64,000 bases of DNA from an uncultured Armatimonadetes bacterium (GCA_963717145.1 OY970325.1:3168001-3232000); one strand, 5' to 3'. Counted from the first letter of the stretch, positions 9,722 to 20,044 are shown. Made by a program: numbers and translations. The notes: a model not told the origin generated them from the letters alone.

Positions 9722-9940
9722 GTGAACTGGCATTTTGATGAAGGCAAGGAACGGCTTCCCGACGAGGAAGACACATACGGCGTGAACGATCAGAATGAGC
9801 ACGACTTCGAGGTCTGGGTGCCCTTCGAGGCGGCTGAGCGTCGGAGGAAGAAGCGACTCCGCACATTCTCGATTGTCGTCATCATCGCCTTCGCCGTCGT
9901 CTTCGCCCTGGTGGGGATGCAGAGAGTCTTCGGCTGGTAG
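9722..9940 (+). CDS. Small hypothetical membrane protein
   Basis: GGAG RBS; acidic N-terminus, basic patch, one C-terminal TM helix. Confidence 0.55.
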   Translation: MNWHFDEGKERLPDEEDTYGVNDQNEHDFEVWVPFEAAERRRKKRLRTFSIVVIIAFAVVFALVGMQRVFGW

Positions 9941-10068
9941 CAGGCCCTCCGGCATCCATTCGTGTTGCGCTACCTTGAAAACATAAGCTATCGCCTGCAG
10001 GTACAAGCTGCCGAAGACAACTGATTCGGGTTCTCCCCTATTCGCTCATTCGTGCAATTCGTGTTTCC

Positions 10069-11130
10069 CTACTTCGCATACGGCGCCACGAGCGGGTCGC
10101 CGACCACGATGTCCTTCCAATACATGAACCTCGACGCCATGTAGAAGCTCTCCGCCAGGTTGTAGCCCGACACATAGCGGTCGAACAGGATCGCCGGATT
10201 CGCGATCGCGGCGAGCGTCGGCTCGTTGCAGTAGCCCTTGACGCCGGTGACGCCGGACTTGATGAGGTCGCCGATGAGCGACTGCCCCTCCTCGGTCGGC
10301 ACGAATGTCCTCGCACTTGTGGACACCGCCGTCTCAGCGATCGATCCGGGCAGGAACCTGTTGCCCCGGTACTTGGTCTTGTCGAACTTGGCGTCGTTGC
10401 TGCCCCATGAGCAGTAGCCCATCAGGTTATTCCGCTTGCCCACGAACTCGTCGGTGTTTTCGAGGACCGAGACATAGCCCCGCGCCTTCAGAATCTCGTC
10501 GGCCTTCCGCATGTCATCATTGAACTCTTTGTACCCGGGGTTGATTCGTCGCGGTTCGAGGTCGAACAGGAAGACCTCCTTCTGCGGGCGAGCGGCGAGC
10601 GCATGGTCAACGAGCGCCTTGGCGTCCTCTTTGGTGTATCCGTCCAGCCGCGTGACCAGGTACAGACCGTACTTGTCGTGCGAGTGATGCTCCTCCTTAC
10701 CATAGTACGGGTTCATCAGAGGGCCCTTGACCTTGCCGATATCGAGTCCGCCATCCATGGTCATCAGAAGGCCGTCGACCGAGAACTGGTTGAGGGTCGC
10801 GATCGGCACTCCCTTGGTCAGGACGATATAGTCTATGCTCAGCCCGCTCTTGGCCAGGAAGTCCTTCACCGGTTTGCCGATCTGCGGCATGTAGTCGGCG
10901 GAGGCCATCCGCTCCTGGTCAGTGCATTTGATGTGGAGGACATACTTTTCGGCGATCTTGCGCTTCTCGGCATAGTATGCGCCGACCTCTTTGGAGATCG
11001 CGCTGTTGTCGTTGACGATGATCAGCACATTGGTCGGTGAGGCGGGCTTCTCGACCGCCACGGGGGCATTCGCCTTGGAGCACGACGCGGCGACGAGCGT
11101 CACAAACATGAGGACGATGAGCTTTTTCAT
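10069..11130 (-). CDS. TIGR03790-family lipoprotein
   Basis: LVAASC lipobox; DYIVLTKGVP, LVTRLDGY, SWGSND, GVTGVKGYCNEP, VVGDPL. Confidence 0.8.
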   Translation of the reverse strand: MKKLIVLMFVTLVAASCSKANAPVAVEKPASPTNVLIIVNDNSAISKEVGAYYAEKRKIAEKYVLHIKCTDQERMASADYMPQIGKPVKDFLAKSGLSIDYIVLTKGVPIATLNQFSVDGLLMTMDGGLDIGKVKGPLMNPYYGKEEHHSHDKYGLYLVTRLDGYTKEDAKALVDHALAARPQKEVFLFDLEPRRINPGYKEFNDDMRKADEILKARGYVSVLENTDEFVGKRNNLMGYCSWGSNDAKFDKTKYRGNRFLPGSIAETAVSTSARTFVPTEEGQSLIGDLIKSGVTGVKGYCNEPTLAAIANPAILFDRYVSGYNLAESFYMASRFMYWKDIVVGDPLVAPYAK

Positions 11131-11195
11131 ATCTTGCCTTTCCATCGAGGTACCCATATCCTCTTACGAGCCACGACCGCTTCCGGTTCCACTCC

Positions 11196-13302
11196 CTAAC
11201 CCTTCAACTCATATACCTGGCACGGGGTGTTGCATTCTGACTCAAGTGTACGGGCCCATTCCAGCACGTGCCGATCGTGGGTCATGAGCAGGACTTGATT
11301 CCCGGCGGCGACACCCGCGAGCATCTCGAGCACGCTATCGAGCCGCGCCTGGTCGCTGTTGGCGAACGGGTCATCGAGGATCAAGGGAAGCGATCGGCCG
11401 GCTGAGAGGAGTTCCGCGCATGACAATCTGAGCGCGAAGTAGAGCTGATCGAGCGTTCCTGCGCTCAATATGGTCGGTGAGACGCCACTGTGGTCCACGC
11501 AGTCGAGCGTGATCTGCCAGTCGGGGCTTATCTCGACCGAGCAATATCGCCCGCCGGTGATGTCCTCCATGCACTCGGCCGCGCGCTCCCGGAGCGTCGG
11601 GAGGTACTCCGCCGAGACATCGTGCGTCACCGTCTCGAGCGCTGAGACTGCTTCACCGTATGATTTGTGGAGGAACTCCAGGTCTTTCTTCCGCCCGTGC
11701 AGGAATTCCAGTTCGCCCTCCAGGGCGGCGAGGTCCCGGGCATTCCGGGACTCGGCCTCCAATTCGCCCCTGACCTCGTGGATCCGCGCCTGCGACGCCG
11801 GCAGCCTCTGTTGGATCGCCTGGAACTCCGAACGCCAGCCTTCGGTCTCCTCGGTCACCGGCGAGTAGTCAGGGAACTCATCTTCGAGGCGGAGGTTCAG
11901 CCCGGACAACTCTCTCGCGAGGTCGGTCTCCTGCGCATCCCAATCATCCATCGAGCGGGAATTCAGTGTCGCCTTGAGAGTGATCTCGTACTCATGCGCG
12001 CGAGCCGCAAGCGCCCGATATGCTTTCAGCTTCGACCATGCCCTCGCCGCGTTGGAGCACTTCATGTAGCTGAGGATGTTCGCTTCCTCGGCCTCCACCT
12101 GGTTCAGCTCGGAATGTGCCGAATCCGCCAACTGGGTCAACTGCCTGCGCTCGCCTGTCCGATTCGAGCCGCGCAACTGGACGTACCTGATGATCAGCAC
12201 CGCGGAGGGCATCAGCAGAAGAAGCCACCGCAGATCAGAGAGGAATCCCGCCGCCAGACCTGCGACCGCGAGCACTGCGCCACCTATGAGCCAGGGCACG
12301 GGACGACCGGTCGGGGCGTCGGTAGATTCCTCCGCGGCCTTCTCGAGTTCCCACAGCCTGGTATCCAGTTCCCCCCGACGGCTCTCCAGCTTCGAGAGGT
12401 TGTCCGAAATCTCGTCAGACTTGCCGATGAGATCCGCGTAGTCCTCGAGTTGCCGATGAGTGTGGCTCAGATCGTCGATAAGCTCCTTCAACCGCTTCAT
12501 CGTGCCGAACGCCTCGCTGTGGAGCTTGTCCAACTCGGATACCCGACTCTTCAACTCGGACCAGCGCTTGTGCCGGTCCAGCAGATCGGTCAAAACCTGA
12601 AGTCGCTGCGAGTCCTGCTCGATACGGGATTCGAGGCCCTCCTGCTCCGTCTTGAGGTTCTCAGTGTGCTGCCGGACGTTCCGCACCTGCGCGACTTCGG
12701 CCGCCAGGGTCTGCAGCCGTGCCGTGACAGTCTCGTACTCCCTCGGCTTGGCCGGACGCGCCTTGCCGATGATGTCCGACTGCGCGCGTTTCAGCTTCCT
12801 GACCGCCTCGCTCGCCGAGGTCTGCTCCGTACCGCTCAACACGCGTTGGATCTCGTTCCCGATCGTCGTCAGGTTCGCCGTACTGAGCTTGCTGATCGCG
12901 GACTGGCGCACGGAGACGGTGTTGTCGAAAACCGTCTTGCGCGAGATACCGAGGTGCCCGGCGACTGCGGCGGCGACGGCATCCTTGTCGGTGAGGATGT
13001 CAACCTGCTCGCCCTCGGGGGTCAGCGTCCCCAGGCTGCACGCGCCCTCGGAGAACCGCCTCGCCAGCACATACGTCGCGCCGCCGCTCCGGTACGTCAG
13101 CGACACCGAGCAGATCCCGCCGTCCCAGTGCTCGACGGTCTGCATGCGCTCGCGGCCGAAGAGCGCGACGGAGATCGCCTCGTGGATCGTCGACTTGCCG
13201 GACTCGTTCGGGTCCCCACACGAGGTTCAGCCCGGGACAGAAACCGAGCCGCGCCTCGGGAAATCGTCTGAAGTTTTCGAGCGTCAGTTCGACCAGTTCC
13301 AT
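11196..13302 (-). CDS. SbcC/YhaN-like coiled-coil ATPase (extra base near 13212)
   Basis: Removing one base restores GLNLVWGPNESGKST (Walker A); LSAGTLDQLY, LILDDPF, LMTH. Confidence 0.85.
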
Positions 13303-13306
13303 ATCG

Positions 13307-14416
13307 TCATCCGTCAGAGAACGCCGTGAGCCCGAGATCCAGCGCCCTTCGAAGCAGACGCTGCCGCTCCGGGTCGGATGCGTTCTCGATCTGGTCGAGC
13401 AGATACTTGCAGAATCGACCCCGGATGCTGTTGTCGAGGGATATGTCCTGCGGGCTCGAGAGCCCGGAGGTATCGACGGTAATGTAGAGGCACGATTCCC
13501 TGAACCGTACCGGAATCTCATCGATGGAGGCCATCAGCTCCTGCACCGGCGTCCCGGTCAGCCGAACCTGCACCAGGGTCGCCTGGTCGCACAGCCGCCG
13601 AACCGCATCATCGAGCGCCGATGCCGTCTCGAACGACGTGCAGTCGATCTCTGCGCTTCGCATCGTCCGCATGTTGATCTTGACCGGTTCGAGGGCGACC
13701 GCACCGTCCTCACCGATCTCGCCTATCACGACGTGCCGCTCCTCGGTCTCCGGGGCATCGAATCCGAGGCCCTCGAAGCTTCCGGGATAGCATGCCGTCA
13801 CACCGCCTTCCCTGAGGATGTTCAGCCGGTGATAGTGGCCGAGCGCGACGTAAGCCGCCCCGCAGGCCTCGAGTTCCTTCTGCCCGAAGGGATGATACTG
13901 CTCCAACTGCCCTTCGAAGCTCTCGAATGACGCGTGAAGGAGCAGGATAGAGGGCGAATCCCCAGGCAAGTCGAGGCCATCGAACGCGCGCCGGTCGGAT
14001 TGTGTCTTGTCGAACGCGCACCCGGCGACGGCGACACCGAGATCATCGAGGATCACATGCTCGCATTGCGGCTCGAGAAAGAGGTGCAGGCCGGGGATTT
14101 CGAGCCTCCCCCAGAGGCTGTTCATCGCGCGGTAGTCATGGTTGCCGGGGATCGCGAAGACGCGCTTGCCCGCCGAGGTCAGCCGCGTGAGGTGCTCGAT
14201 CACGGCCTCGATGTCGGTTGGATCCGGATCCGGGCGGTCGAACAGGTCGCCGGCGATCAGGAAGAGATCGACATCCCGTTCGAGCGCCAGGTCCACCGTC
14301 TTGGCAAGCGCGCGTCTCTGGTCCCGCCGCCGTTCCTCCGCCAGAGTAGGCGGCAGGAATCCGAACGGCCGACTGAGATGGGAGTCCGCCATGTGCAGGA
14401 ACTTCACACGGGCCAA
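13307..14416 (-). CDS. SbcD/Mre11/YhaO-like metallophosphoesterase
   Basis: HMADSHL, AGDLFD, PGNHD, ALGHYH, YPGSFEG. Confidence 0.92.
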   Translation of the reverse strand: MARVKFLHMADSHLSRPFGFLPPTLAEERRRDQRRALAKTVDLALERDVDLFLIAGDLFDRPDPDPTDIEAVIEHLTRLTSAGKRVFAIPGNHDYRAMNSLWGRLEIPGLHLFLEPQCEHVILDDLGVAVAGCAFDKTQSDRRAFDGLDLPGDSPSILLLHASFESFEGQLEQYHPFGQKELEACGAAYVALGHYHRLNILREGGVTACYPGSFEGLGFDAPETEERHVVIGEIGEDGAVALEPVKINMRTMRSAEIDCTSFETASALDDAVRRLCDQATLVQVRLTGTPVQELMASIDEIPVRFRESCLYITVDTSGLSSPQDISLDNSIRGRFCKYLLDQIENASDPERQRLLRRALDLGLTAFSDG

Positions 14417-14498
14417 GCGAGCGCCTCCTTCCCGCCGATGCGTACGGTGGGAAATGATGGAGTAGTGGATCGAGTGGGTATGCAGGCCATGCGCTTGC

Positions 14499-14527
14499 AT
14501 TATATGCCCGCGCGTCCACAATGTCAA
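14499..14527 (-). promoter_or_regulatory. Consensus sigma70 promoter of the nuclease/ATPase operon
   Basis: Exact TTGACA-17-TATAAT. Confidence 0.8.
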
Positions 14528-14606
14528 ACGAAGGGAGCGGCTCTACAAGGGCTGGGAGGAAGGTGCGTTCAGGCAGGAGTTGCACTCCTGCCCGCCTGAC
14601 CACGCA

Positions 14607-14640
14607 GAAAACCCGGCCCCACGTGCGGGATCCGGGTCTT
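14607..14640 (-). terminator. rpsT intrinsic terminator
   Basis: ACCCGG...CCGGGT GC stem followed by TTTT on the minus strand, just after the rpsT stop. Confidence 0.55.
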
Positions 14641-14664
14641 GCGTTCATCACTTCGAAGCCTGAA

Positions 14665-14931
14665 TCAGGCCTGGGCCTTGTTCGCCGCGCGCATCAGCCT
14701 CGACTTGCGGCGTGCGGCGGCATTCTTGTGGATGATGCCCTTCTCCGCGGCCTTGTCGATGACGCTCGTCGCTGTGGAAACGGCCTTCAGCTTGGCCTCT
14801 GCGTCGCCGCTCTCGAACTCCGCCTTGGCCTTCTTCACGAAAGTCTTGATCTTCGACTTGACAGCGATATTTCGAGCGTGGCGCTCTCGAGACTTCTTCA
14901 CGTCCTTAATGACGGACTTGATATTCGGCAA
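14665..14931 (-). CDS. rpsT: 30S ribosomal protein S20
   Basis: MPNIKS, IDKAAEKGIIHKNAAARRKSRL. Confidence 0.97.
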   Translation of the reverse strand: MPNIKSVIKDVKKSRERHARNIAVKSKIKTFVKKAKAEFESGDAEAKLKAVSTATSVIDKAAEKGIIHKNAAARRKSRLMRAANKAQA

Positions 14932-14983
14932 TGGTTACACCCCCGTGTCATCACAAAACAGATACTGAAGCTTAAGACGATAC

Positions 14984-15012
14984 AGTATAGCAGGTTCGTC
15001 CTGACTTGGCAA
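14984..15012 (-). promoter_or_regulatory. rpsT promoter
   Basis: TTGCCA-17-TATACT. Confidence 0.6.
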
Positions 15013-15020
15013 GCATTACG

Positions 15021-15095
15021 GAAATGGTCGATGGTTTATGGTCAATGGTTCATGAGAAGCCAGTCCCCCATCAACCATGAACCATCAACCATTTC
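15021..15095. repeat. Inverted 7-nt-period tandem array (ATGGTnn x4 / nnACCAT x4)
   Basis: ATGGTCG ATGGTTT ATGGTCA ATGGTTC ... CCATCAA CCATGAA CCATCAA CCATTTC. Confidence 0.75.
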
Positions 15096-16239
15096 CCGGA
15101 GTCTGCCATCCGTCCGGGTAGATCAGATACACCGTACCCCAGGAACCGGGGTTCGTCAACCATGCGTATTCGAGTGCCTTGCGACTGTAGACGACCCGGC
15201 CGTTCCGGCCGAGATCGAGCCGCGTGTTCGGGTCGTTCAGGACGCACTCGCCCTCCGGAGTGAACCCGCGCATGACCATCAGGTGGCCCGCGGTCTGTTT
15301 GGTGTCCCTGGCGCGGAGTCTGTTGTAGTCGAGGCTCACAATTACCGGCACGCCTTTCGCTATCCACTCCTCGATCTGGTTGATACCGGTGAACCTGGTG
15401 ACGTATGCGCGCATTCCCTTGAAGCTGCCCGCGTAGGCGGTGTTGAACGGCCAGCAGCCCGTTCCGCCCCAGCCGATGTCGTAGATGCCGTCGACCGCCT
15501 GCTGGACTCCGCACGTCAGTTCCGGCCGGCCGATCTCCTGCGCCCAGTAGCTGAGCACCATGGCCGTCGAGGTCGCGCTGCAGAACCGGTTCCCGTCCGG
15601 CACGCTGAGCTGCGATAACTGCGGGACATCGAGGTCCTTCCCCCAGACGCTCTTCTTCGCGCGGGTGCGGGGCAGCGGAGCTTTGGTGTCGATCACCTGG
15701 ACCGCCAACAGCCGCAGTGTCGGGTAGACCTTGCCGTCCGCCGAGCAGAGTCTGGCCGAGATGCGCACGGCGTTGGCGGGCTTTTTGAGGTTCAGGATAT
15801 CGGCATTCAGCACGGCCATATTGTCGCGCTGTCTCCTCACGGTCATGCGCTTCATCGGGGTATTGTCGCTGTTCCAGATCACGTAGCAGAACCGGCGGCT
15901 CCACACATCCCCGCGACGCGCCTGGACGTATATCCTGATGTAGCTGCCCGACGGCGCCTCGGCATTCCACGAGAGGACCACCTCGTCGAAGTCGAAGCCC
16001 GGCTCGATGTCCCGCGATTCGATTTCCCCCATCGGGATGCCGTGTTCGTCATTCAGAGCGCCGTCCGCCTTGAAGACGACTCCCGACTGCGACGAGTCCC
16101 ACTTCGCCCCCGTGAAGAAAAAGGCCGCGAAGTCCCGTTTCGTCTCGAACTTGATCAGACGCCTCGACGCGCTCGCATCCGCCATCGAGCCGATCATGCT
16201 TAGGGTCAATACTATTGTCATCGCAAGAACAAATCTCAT
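15085..16239 (-). CDS. Secreted peptidase C39-like protein
   Basis: Signal peptide; VPQLSQ, CSATSTAMVLSYW, GCWPFNTAYA, GHLMVMRGF, NDP. Confidence 0.85.
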   Translation of the reverse strand: MRFVLAMTIVLTLSMIGSMADASASRRLIKFETKRDFAAFFFTGAKWDSSQSGVVFKADGALNDEHGIPMGEIESRDIEPGFDFDEVVLSWNAEAPSGSYIRIYVQARRGDVWSRRFCYVIWNSDNTPMKRMTVRRQRDNMAVLNADILNLKKPANAVRISARLCSADGKVYPTLRLLAVQVIDTKAPLPRTRAKKSVWGKDLDVPQLSQLSVPDGNRFCSATSTAMVLSYWAQEIGRPELTCGVQQAVDGIYDIGWGGTGCWPFNTAYAGSFKGMRAYVTRFTGINQIEEWIAKGVPVIVSLDYNRLRARDTKQTAGHLMVMRGFTPEGECVLNDPNTRLDLGRNGRVVYSRKALEYAWLTNPGSWGTVYLIYPDGWQTPGNG

Positions 16240-16255
16240 GTCAGCGGTTCCTCTC

Positions 16256-16290
16256 CCATCAACCATTCCCCATCAACCATCAGCCATTCC
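16256..16290. repeat. CCATCAA-type 7-nt tandem array
   Basis: CCATCAA CCATTCC CCATCAA CCATCAG CCATTCC. Confidence 0.7.
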
Positions 16291-17241
16291 CCCGTACATC
16301 CCCGCCATGCGCGCGCAGGTCTCCGCAACCGCCGTCCGCAGGCTCTCCGGCTCGACGACCTCCACCCGATCGCCGTAACTCAGTACCCAATGCCTGATCT
16401 CATCGACACCCGCGACCGTCACCTCGAACAGCAGCGATCCGTCCGGCTGAATGGTCTCGGTCTGATTCGGATGGAACTTGCTCCCCTTGATCCACTTGGC
16501 GCAATCCTTGTTGAACCGCAGGACGACGTGCTCAGGCTCGGCGTCGGCCTGAAGCTGCCAACCGCGCACGAGGTACTCCTCGAGGTCGAAATCATTGGGG
16601 TACTTGAAGTGATCGTTCACGAGCCGTATCCCTCGAATGCGGTCCACGCCGAACGTGCGGATGTCCTGTCTCAGGTGGCAGTGGCCGATTACGTACCACG
16701 TCCCGAAGCGGAACGTCAGCCCGTAAGGGTCGACTGTGCGCTTTGTCGTCTCGTCTCTTCCCGGCACGTAATAGGTAAGGTCGAGTGGATTGTGGCCGGA
16801 GATCGCCCTGCTGATCACGTCGAGCGTCTCGGTACTGCAGTCACGGACAAGATCGACGCCGACGGAAACGCGCCTCTTCATCTTGCGGATCGTCGCGCCC
16901 ACCTGATCTGAGAGCAGGGAGTCGATCTTGCGCAGGGCAGTGTGGATGGCGTCGGTCCGCGGCATGCGGATCCGGTCTGCGGCAACGCTACCGGCGAGTA
17001 CGAGCGCGAGCGCCTCGCTCGGGGTGAAGGTCGACGGCAGGAGCCTGAGTTCCTTGACTGCGAATCGCCCGTTGAGGCGTCTGATCGTGCCCCACTGCCG
17101 GAGTATCCGGATGTCGCGCTCGACGGTGGCGCTTCCCACGCCGAACTCGAGTTCCAGTCCTGCAACATCCCACTTCCAGGGGTCTTGTTCGATCATCTGA
17201 AGCGTTTTGATCAGCCGTGCGAATTGCTCTTCGAGTGTCAT
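16273..17241 (-). CDS. WYL-domain transcriptional regulator (HTH-WYL-WCX)
   Basis: TVERDI HTH; RTVDPYGL, WYVIGHC, RTFGVDRI; WVLSYGDRVEVVEP; start chosen by GGAG RBS. Confidence 0.93.
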   Translation of the reverse strand: MTLEEQFARLIKTLQMIEQDPWKWDVAGLELEFGVGSATVERDIRILRQWGTIRRLNGRFAVKELRLLPSTFTPSEALALVLAGSVAADRIRMPRTDAIHTALRKIDSLLSDQVGATIRKMKRRVSVGVDLVRDCSTETLDVISRAISGHNPLDLTYYVPGRDETTKRTVDPYGLTFRFGTWYVIGHCHLRQDIRTFGVDRIRGIRLVNDHFKYPNDFDLEEYLVRGWQLQADAEPEHVVLRFNKDCAKWIKGSKFHPNQTETIQPDGSLLFEVTVAGVDEIRHWVLSYGDRVEVVEPESLRTAVAETCARMAGMYGGMADG

Positions 17242-17256
17242 CTGCAACTCCGGTGT

Positions 17257-17350
17257 CATACTGAGCAACGAGTAGTGGCCGTGCCTCCGTGCCGGCCTGC
17301 GACGTTGCTGGCCGGCACAGAGGCACGGCCACTACTCGTTGCTCAGTATG
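17257..17350. repeat. GTAG-type REP doublet, family B, with extended arms
   Basis: CATACTGAGCAACGAGTAGTGGCCGTGCC...GGCACGGCCACTACTCGTTGCTCAGTATG. Confidence 0.85.
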
Positions 17351-17357
17351 GGAATCC

Positions 17358-17786
17358 CTATTCCTGTGCCCGCGCGATCCGGCGGACGGTGCTGACCGAC
17401 GAGCGCCGGCGGTCGAGCGCCTGGCCGACCTTGATGCTCATAAGGTCATAGACATCCACGCCGGGGATGTTCTTCTCGACGTAATCGAACGCGCCGCGCT
17501 TCATGCACTCGACCGCGTTCGCGACGTTGCCGTATGCGGTGAGGACGATCACTTCGGTGAAGATGTCCTCCGCGGCTGCGGCCTTCAGGACGTTCACCCC
17601 GGCATCGGGGTTCTCCATGACCATGTCGGTCAGGACAACGTCGTAAGTCGGGTCGGCTGCCTGAAGTTTGCCGATCGCCTCCGCCTCGCTCGTCGCCAGG
17701 TCCACCTTCAGGCCGTCTCTCGACAGCCGTCGAGCAACCGCCGCGCGGACTTCTTCTTCATCGTCAACAACAAGAATCTTGCACAA
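17358..17786 (-). CDS. Single-domain response regulator
   Basis: ILVVDDE, VLTDMVM, LTAYG, GAFDYVEK; TTG start after GGAGG. Confidence 0.92.
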   Translation of the reverse strand: MCKILVVDDEEEVRAAVARRLSRDGLKVDLATSEAEAIGKLQAADPTYDVVLTDMVMENPDAGVNVLKAAAAEDIFTEVIVLTAYGNVANAVECMKRGAFDYVEKNIPGVDVYDLMSIKVGQALDRRRSSVSTVRRIARAQE

Positions 17787-17805
17787 ATCGGTAGTACCTC
17801 CTAAG

Positions 17806-17860
17806 CATATGTCCCGTCGGTCCCATACGTCCCATGGGACGTATGGGACATATGGGACGG
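17806..17860. repeat. Inverted 9-nt-period array (GTCCCATAC x3 / GTATGGGAC x3)
   Basis: GTCCCGTCG GTCCCATAC GTCCCAT GGGAC GTATGGGAC ATATGGGAC. Confidence 0.75.
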
Positions 17861-17869
17861 ATGAAAACC

Positions 17870-19618
17870 CTATCCCGCCACCGGGAGCATGATCACGAAC
17901 CGCGCGCCGGACCTCTCTTGGCCGCACTCGCAGATTCCGCCCCGGTGCGCCTCCACGATTCCCTTCACGATCGAGAGCCCGAGGCCCATGCCCTTCGCCC
18001 GCGACGTGAAAAATGGGGTGAATATCTTCTCTTTGCTCTCCTGCGGAACACCCGGGCCGGCATCGGCGAGTTCTATCTTAACATAATCCTGCTTGCCAGA
18101 CAGCCCGCAGAGCGCCCGAGCCTCCTTGCCCGCCGCCCGGCTGGTGCTGACTCGAAGCAGCCCGCCGCCCTCCTGGAAGCTGATCGCGTTCTCGATCAAC
18201 TCCGCGAACGACCGCTTGAGTTTCGCCGGATCCGCCACGATATGCGGCAGGTCGGAAGCCAGATCGACCTCCAACTGCACAGGACACCGCTTTGGGAACG
18301 ACTCCTCGACCGCCTGACGCACGATCTCACTGATGTCATGTTCGCCAAGAGACAGTGAGGTCGCCATGACGAAGTCGCGGAACTCCATGAGTATCTCTTC
18401 CAGGCGGAAGACGCCGTTCTTGATGCTCTCGACAAGCGCCTTGAGCTGCTCGCGATCGACCTCAGACTGCCCGAGCCCGTACTCGAGTTCGTTCAGATCG
18501 CCCTTGATGGCGAAAACCCTGTTGCCGATCATGTGCGCCGACCGCGCGGACATCTCGCCCCATGCCGCCATCCGCTCGGCATTGACCACGCGATCCATCA
18601 GTCGAAGGCTCTGGACCGCCGCTCCGACCTGGCTCGCAATGCTCTGGAGGACGCACTCATCGTCGGAGCTAAACTCGTTGCGGAACCAGGGGAACTTGCT
18701 CCGACGGCGAAGGACCCTCAGCACGCCAATGATCCCCTGCCGGCTCTCGATCGGCACTCCGAGGTACGCTCGTGTCTCCTCGGCCGGATACTCCTGGTGC
18801 AGCCCTCGCCATCGCGAATCATTCAGGGGGTCTGTCGTTCGGATCGGGACACCATGCTCCGCGATCCATCCTGTCAGCCCCTCGCCGACCTTGTATGTTG
18901 CGCTTCCGGCCTTCTCGTTGAGCCGCCCGCGCGACGCCTGCAGAGTGAGCGTCTGACGATCGGCATCGAGCAGGAAGAGCGAGCAATCCTCGAACCGAAG
19001 GACCTCGGCGGCGACCTTGATGACTTTGGCGACGAGCGATGCGATGTCCCGACTGGCGGCCAGTTCGGTGCCGATCTCGACGAACGCGCGCTCCCGGGAC
19101 CGATGCTCATCGAGAGCAATGCCGGCGCCGGCGACATTGGCGATGACCCGAAGGCACTCCTGATGCCACTCCTCGAAGGCGTCGTTGCTCGGGCTCTCCA
19201 CATTGATGACGCCGCGAGTCCGTCCCTGCGCATCGAGGATCGGGACGGCGATCTCGCTGCGGACATCCGGGAAGTACGGGAGGTAATAGGAGTCGTGATC
19301 GACATCGCCCGTGCGGTAAGGCTTACCGGTGGCGGCGACGTATGTGGTGATGCCTGTGCCTTCGCCGGTATGGAGTTCGAGGCGACGGAGCTTTATTTCG
19401 TCGTTCCAGCCCTCACCGGTGACACTCTGGATGACGAGCTGCCCGCTGTCGAAGTCGACCAGCGCGACAAACCCGCGATTGCCGTTGACTGCCCGGACGC
19501 CCCGCTCTAGCAAATCCTGGAGCAGCTTGGAGAGGTCGGTAGTCGAGGTCGCCAGCGCCATCACGTCAACCATGAGCGAAAGCTCCGGCAAGCTGGACCG
19601 TCCGGGAGTCGGTTGCAT
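17870..19618 (-). CDS. Cytoplasmic GAF-GAF sensor histidine kinase
   Basis: Two GAF domains; AHMIGN H-box, ELIENA, DAGPG, FTPFFT, GMGLGL. Confidence 0.92.
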   Translation of the reverse strand: MQPTPGRSSLPELSLMVDVMALATSTTDLSKLLQDLLERGVRAVNGNRGFVALVDFDSGQLVIQSVTGEGWNDEIKLRRLELHTGEGTGITTYVAATGKPYRTGDVDHDSYYLPYFPDVRSEIAVPILDAQGRTRGVINVESPSNDAFEEWHQECLRVIANVAGAGIALDEHRSRERAFVEIGTELAASRDIASLVAKVIKVAAEVLRFEDCSLFLLDADRQTLTLQASRGRLNEKAGSATYKVGEGLTGWIAEHGVPIRTTDPLNDSRWRGLHQEYPAEETRAYLGVPIESRQGIIGVLRVLRRRSKFPWFRNEFSSDDECVLQSIASQVGAAVQSLRLMDRVVNAERMAAWGEMSARSAHMIGNRVFAIKGDLNELEYGLGQSEVDREQLKALVESIKNGVFRLEEILMEFRDFVMATSLSLGEHDISEIVRQAVEESFPKRCPVQLEVDLASDLPHIVADPAKLKRSFAELIENAISFQEGGGLLRVSTSRAAGKEARALCGLSGKQDYVKIELADAGPGVPQESKEKIFTPFFTSRAKGMGLGLSIVKGIVEAHRGGICECGQERSGARFVIMLPVAG

Positions 19619-19624
19619 TATCGT

Positions 19625-20044
19625 CTAACCCTTGGCTGTTTCGTTCGGCTTCGGCTCGCACGGCTCGGCGAGCACATCCTCGTAATCCGGCCCGGTGTGG
19701 TAGATCGTGGTGAAAGCTATCTGGCCGATGATCGGCAGCTTATGCTCTTCCCCGTAGTAGACCCTGACCATCATGTAACACGCGAACACAAACGCGATCC
19801 CACCAGGCACCCACCAGAAGAACTTGTTCAGCATGGGAATCCATACCACTGCCGCCTGCAGGCAAAGAAGCAGACCGAACGCCAGCATGGACTGGATGCA
19901 ATGGTACTTCACGAAGCTGCTGCGCTTTTCGATCAGCAGGATGATGATGCTGAGCGGCCCCAGATAGGCTGCAGCCGCGACGAAATTCTCTTCGACCCCA
20001 AGACTCGACAGGCCGTCGTGCTCCATGATTATTCGATCCCCCAT
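19625..20044 (-). CDS. DUF4870-like membrane protein
   Basis: LGVEENFVAAAAY, EKRSSFVKYHCIQS, KLPIIG. Confidence 0.75.
   Translation of the reverse strand: MGDRIIMEHDGLSSLGVEENFVAAAAYLGPLSIIILLIEKRSSFVKYHCIQSMLAFGLLLCLQAAVVWIPMLNKFFWWVPGGIAFVFACYMMVRVYYGEEHKLPIIGQIAFTTIYHTGPDYEDVLAEPCEPKPNETAKG

Noticed and set aside
11667-13271. Long antisense or alternate-frame ORFs (also 14521-15618, 24342-25550, 40714-42120, 60485-61645)
   Set aside because: Shadow ORFs of real genes in GC-rich DNA; no recognisable motifs.
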